Part shown: positions 61,414 through 64,000 of the stretch, in pieces
How positions within the stretch are numbered: the first letter of the stretch is position 1
Layout of the letters: the number at the start of each line of letters is the position of its first letter
Source of the DNA: an uncultured Chroococcidiopsis sp.
GTDB lineage: Bacteria; Cyanobacteriota; Cyanobacteriia; Cyanobacteriales; Chroococcidiopsidaceae
Reading direction: 5' to 3'
DNA: 64,000 nucleotides
Assembly (NCBI GenBank): GCA_964248365.1
Contig: CAXTYC010000024.1
Span: 15,932 to 79,931 of the forward strand
The notes under the pieces: model-generated
Told to the model about the DNA's origin: nothing
What the model saw: only the letters and a program-made list of their open reading frames with translations
The model's database searches: none
Made by a program: the position numbers and the translations under genes

Positions 61414-63263
61414 AACAATTGATTCAAACTAGCAACAAATTCCTCTACCTCTGCTTTGTCCATCTCGTGCCACCCATCAAAAAATCCCAAACTAGATGTG
61501 ACACCTTCTTTCGTTGCTGGGTAAAATTCAGCGCTCGCCCTCGGCGACACCCATATTTGCACTTTTCCCGCATCCGTAGGCTGTGCCGAAACGATAAACA
61601 GGCAGCGAGACTGATTGCTAGGTAAGGTAAATACAAGGTTATTTGCGAGCGTAAACATCAGGTTAGTAGGCATGGGAATCAAGCCAAGGTTGTATCTCTT
61701 GGCTACTTCCAGCACCTGCTGAAATTCTTCACCAATGCCGTTAGATTTAGCCATTGCCATTAGCGCTTCTACACCCAGTCTTTTCCTATTGTCCAATTCA
61801 GTTCTCTTTGAACGAGCTACAAACGTATTTGCAGCTATTTCAGTCTCCAGACTTTGTAGTACATCAGTCTTTTGCTTTAGTTCGCTCATCTGCTGCTGCA
61901 TCTGTGTAAAATTCTCAAACAATTGTGGTATTCTGGCAATTTCAGAATTGAATTCCTGAGAACTTAAGGCTTGTAACTCTTGTAACTGTTGCTTTATAGA
62001 TTGGATTTCTGCTTTGAGCTTTTGATTTTCTTGCTCTAAATAACTGGGATTAAATGGTAGTTGTGCGGGAGAAACAGAAGATACCTTTTGAATTGACTCT
62101 ACGATTTGCCTTAACTCTTCTATTTCCTGTTGCTCTTTACGGGTTTGAAGCTCTGCATTTAATGAGGCTATAGAAGCTTGCAGTTTCTGTATTTCTTGCT
62201 CTATATTACTAGGATCAAACTGCGTTTTTGTAGTTGCAACTGCTAACAGTTTCTGTTGAATTGACTTTGTGATTTGCCTTAACTCTTGTATTTGCTGTTG
62301 CTCGTGGCGACCTTGAAACTCAGAGTTTAATAAGGAAAGGTTTCTTTGTAGTTCTTGAATTTCCTGTTTGCATTTTTCTAGTTCCTGCTTATTCGTAGTT
62401 TCAGAGGTAGTCTGCTGCTTGTTGAGCAGTGCGGTTTTCAGTTCCTCAATCTGTTGCTCTAGGTAAGTCGGGTCAAAGCTAGTTGTAAGTTCAGCCGTTT
62501 CCTTATTTAATGAGGCTACAGAAGCTTGCAGTTTCTGTATTTCTTGCTCTATATTACTAGGGTCAAACTGCGTTTTTGTAGTTGCAACTGCTAACAGTTT
62601 CTGTTGAATTGACTTTGTGATTTGCCTTAACTCTTGTATTTGCTGTTGCTCGTGGCGACCTTGAAACTCAGAGTTTAATAAGGAAAGGTTTCTTTGTAGT
62701 TCTTGAATTTCCTGTTTGCATTTTTCTAGTTCCTGCTTATTCGTAGTTTCAGAGGTAGTCTGCTGCTTGTTGAGCAGTGCGGTTTTCAGTTCCTCAATCT
62801 GTTGCTCTAGGTAAGTCGGGTCAAAGCTAGTTGTAAGTTCAGCCGTTTCCTTCTGGGAATTGCTGTCAGTGATCGTGAACTTGAGGCTGCTTATAGCTCC
62901 TTCGAGGTTGTCAAATCGCGTTCGCAGCTGGGAAATTTCTTCCTTAATAGTATCAAAATTTACAAGTTTGGGTGCAAGAGATACTTGAATCGAGGCTTGC
63001 AGCGATCGCATTTGCTCTGCTAGTTCCCGATCTAATTGCGCGACGCTACTGTTCATCTCAGACACAACAGCGGTGATATTACGCTCCAACTTCTGCTCAA
63101 ATCGGCGTCGGTTGCTTAAGTTTAACAACAGCGCTAAAGACATAGGAGCAGTCGCATAGATCGTTTGCTTGGCAACAACTGCAATTAGGGTTCCTGCAAC
63201 AGAACCCCAAACTAAAAGATTCTCGGCTATCTGCAACTCTTTACTTTGAATGATGTCTCTCAT
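61392..63263 (-). CDS. Hypothetical membrane-anchored coiled-coil protein with 116-aa tandem duplication
   Basis: Two N-terminal hydrophobic segments (..PMSLALLLNLSNRRR), Q/E/L heptads, globular C-terminal ~130 aa. Confidence 0.8.
   Translation of the reverse strand: MRDIIQSKELQIAENLLVWGSVAGTLIAVVAKQTIYATAPMSLALLLNLSNRRRFEQKLERNITAVVSEMNSSVAQLDRELAEQMRSLQASIQVSLAPKLVNFDTIKEEISQLRTRFDNLEGAISSLKFTITDSNSQKETAELTTSFDPTYLEQQIEELKTALLNKQQTTSETTNKQELEKCKQEIQELQRNLSLLNSEFQGRHEQQQIQELRQITKSIQQKLLAVATTKTQFDPSNIEQEIQKLQASVASLNKETAELTTSFDPTYLEQQIEELKTALLNKQQTTSETTNKQELEKCKQEIQELQRNLSLLNSEFQGRHEQQQIQELRQITKSIQQKLLAVATTKTQFDPSNIEQEIQKLQASIASLNAELQTRKEQQEIEELRQIVESIQKVSSVSPAQLPFNPSYLEQENQKLKAEIQSIKQQLQELQALSSQEFNSEIARIPQLFENFTQMQQQMSELKQKTDVLQSLETEIAANTFVARSKRTELDNRKRLGVEALMAMAKSNGIGEEFQQVLEVAKRYNLGLIPMPTNLMFTLANNLVFTLPSNQSRCLFIVSAQPTDAGKVQIWVSPRASAEFYPATKEGVTSSLGFFDGWHEMDKAEVEEFVASLNQLLEMLYIC
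62157..62852. repeat. 348-bp near-perfect tandem duplication
   Basis: 62157-62504 matches 62505-62852; visible differences at 62171/62519 and 62214/62562. Confidence 0.93.
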
Positions 63264-63365
63264 TTACTCTGTTCTCGTCTCCCTACCAGGTAAAAGTTAT
63301 CACATTAGCAGTTACGCTGTAGTAAACGAGTTTTTATCACAAAATTAAGCACGGCTTATATCTAC

Positions 63366-63443
63366 AGGACTTACGCAGGTTCTGTTGCAAAAAATATTTG
63401 AAGTAATAAAATCTCTGTGGTTCGAGATTAATTTATGCGTAAG
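63366..63443. mobile_element. MITE-like element (AGGACTTACGCA type), right end cut by the adjacent IS
   Basis: AGGACTTACGCA..TGCGTAAG then unrelated sequence. Confidence 0.55.
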
Positions 63444-63558
63444 GACTGGAGTTTAGACTAAATAGCCACCTTCAAAGGAAAAAATAGGAGGTGTGATTGA
63501 ACACAGTCCCCCGATTAGCAGAAGCTCACAGAAGAACCACCTACTCTCACCTGCCAAT

Positions 63559-63945
63559 ATGAAACGTGCCAGACTCGAAGAATTTCGTCAAGCCGCCTAT
63601 AGACATTTAGGGAAAGCCCATGATGCAACATTTGCACTGACAGATGCGATACTGCTGAGGCGTAATGTCTACAGTTTGGCAGACTTATCTTGATCGCCAG
63701 TGTTTAGACGCAAATGGCCAAGTATTTATGAAGCGATATAAGATACCAAACCAGATCGAGATAAATTGATGGATTTATACATCAAGCAGATACCAACACA
63801 AGGGCGTGTATTGTTGGCGGGAGACCATACGGCTTGGTCGCGCCCAGATGCAGTGACGCTAAAAGAACGTACAATAGAGCATACTAGCACGGCGATCGCC
63901 GCAAATAAACCGATAACGATTGGGCAGGCATATAGTACAATAGCT
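63559..63945 (+). pseudogene. IS701-like DDE transposase 5' part with two in-frame stops
   Basis: LEEFRQAAY..ADLS*SPVFRRKWPSIYEAI*..LAGDHTAWSRPDAVTLKER. Confidence 0.8.
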
Positions 63946-64000
63946 CGATCTGTAAAAAATCCGTTGATGTCGGTAGACTGAGAGATATGCCCTAAAAGGG

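Noticed and set aside
1..64000. CRISPR array or cas genes
   Set aside because: No constant 25-40 bp repeats with unique spacers were seen; the tandem repeats are 7-9-mer STRRs

Overview
Cyanobacterial chromosome segment: frequent HIP1 GCGATCGC octamers, heptameric STRR repeats and a beta-carboxysome operon suggest a Chroococcidiopsidales/Nostocales-like host (inference). Core content: uvrB, tRNA-Leu(UAG), a methionine-salvage operon with a RuBisCO-like protein (mtnD-mtnW-mtnX-mtnB), znuAC-smtB-znuB with a Zur box, uxs-ugd, rbp, a CO2-concentrating cluster (cmpR-like LysR, ccmK2K1LMNO, ndhF4-ndhD4-cupB, sbtA-sbtB-Tat-type beta-CA), metF, trpS, TPP-riboswitch-controlled thiO-thiG, cimA and ftsH3. 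Accessory content: four Uma2 genes (three broken), an AT-rich R-M island with an intact MTase and a decayed endonuclease, and IS debris at the right end. Best leads: (1) an effector-less retron-type RT (25874-27277) preceded by a candidate msr/msd RNA that contains a perfect cyanobacterial LexA box fused to a TATAAT; (2) next to it, a 424-bp protein-less IS200/IS605 mini-element that keeps a TnpB omega-RNA-like right end and is inserted precisely after TTTAT in a LMW phosphatase gene; (3) a CcmM whose gamma-carbonic anhydrase domain has lost two of three Zn ligands. All calls are by eye from motifs; no database search or RNA folding was run.
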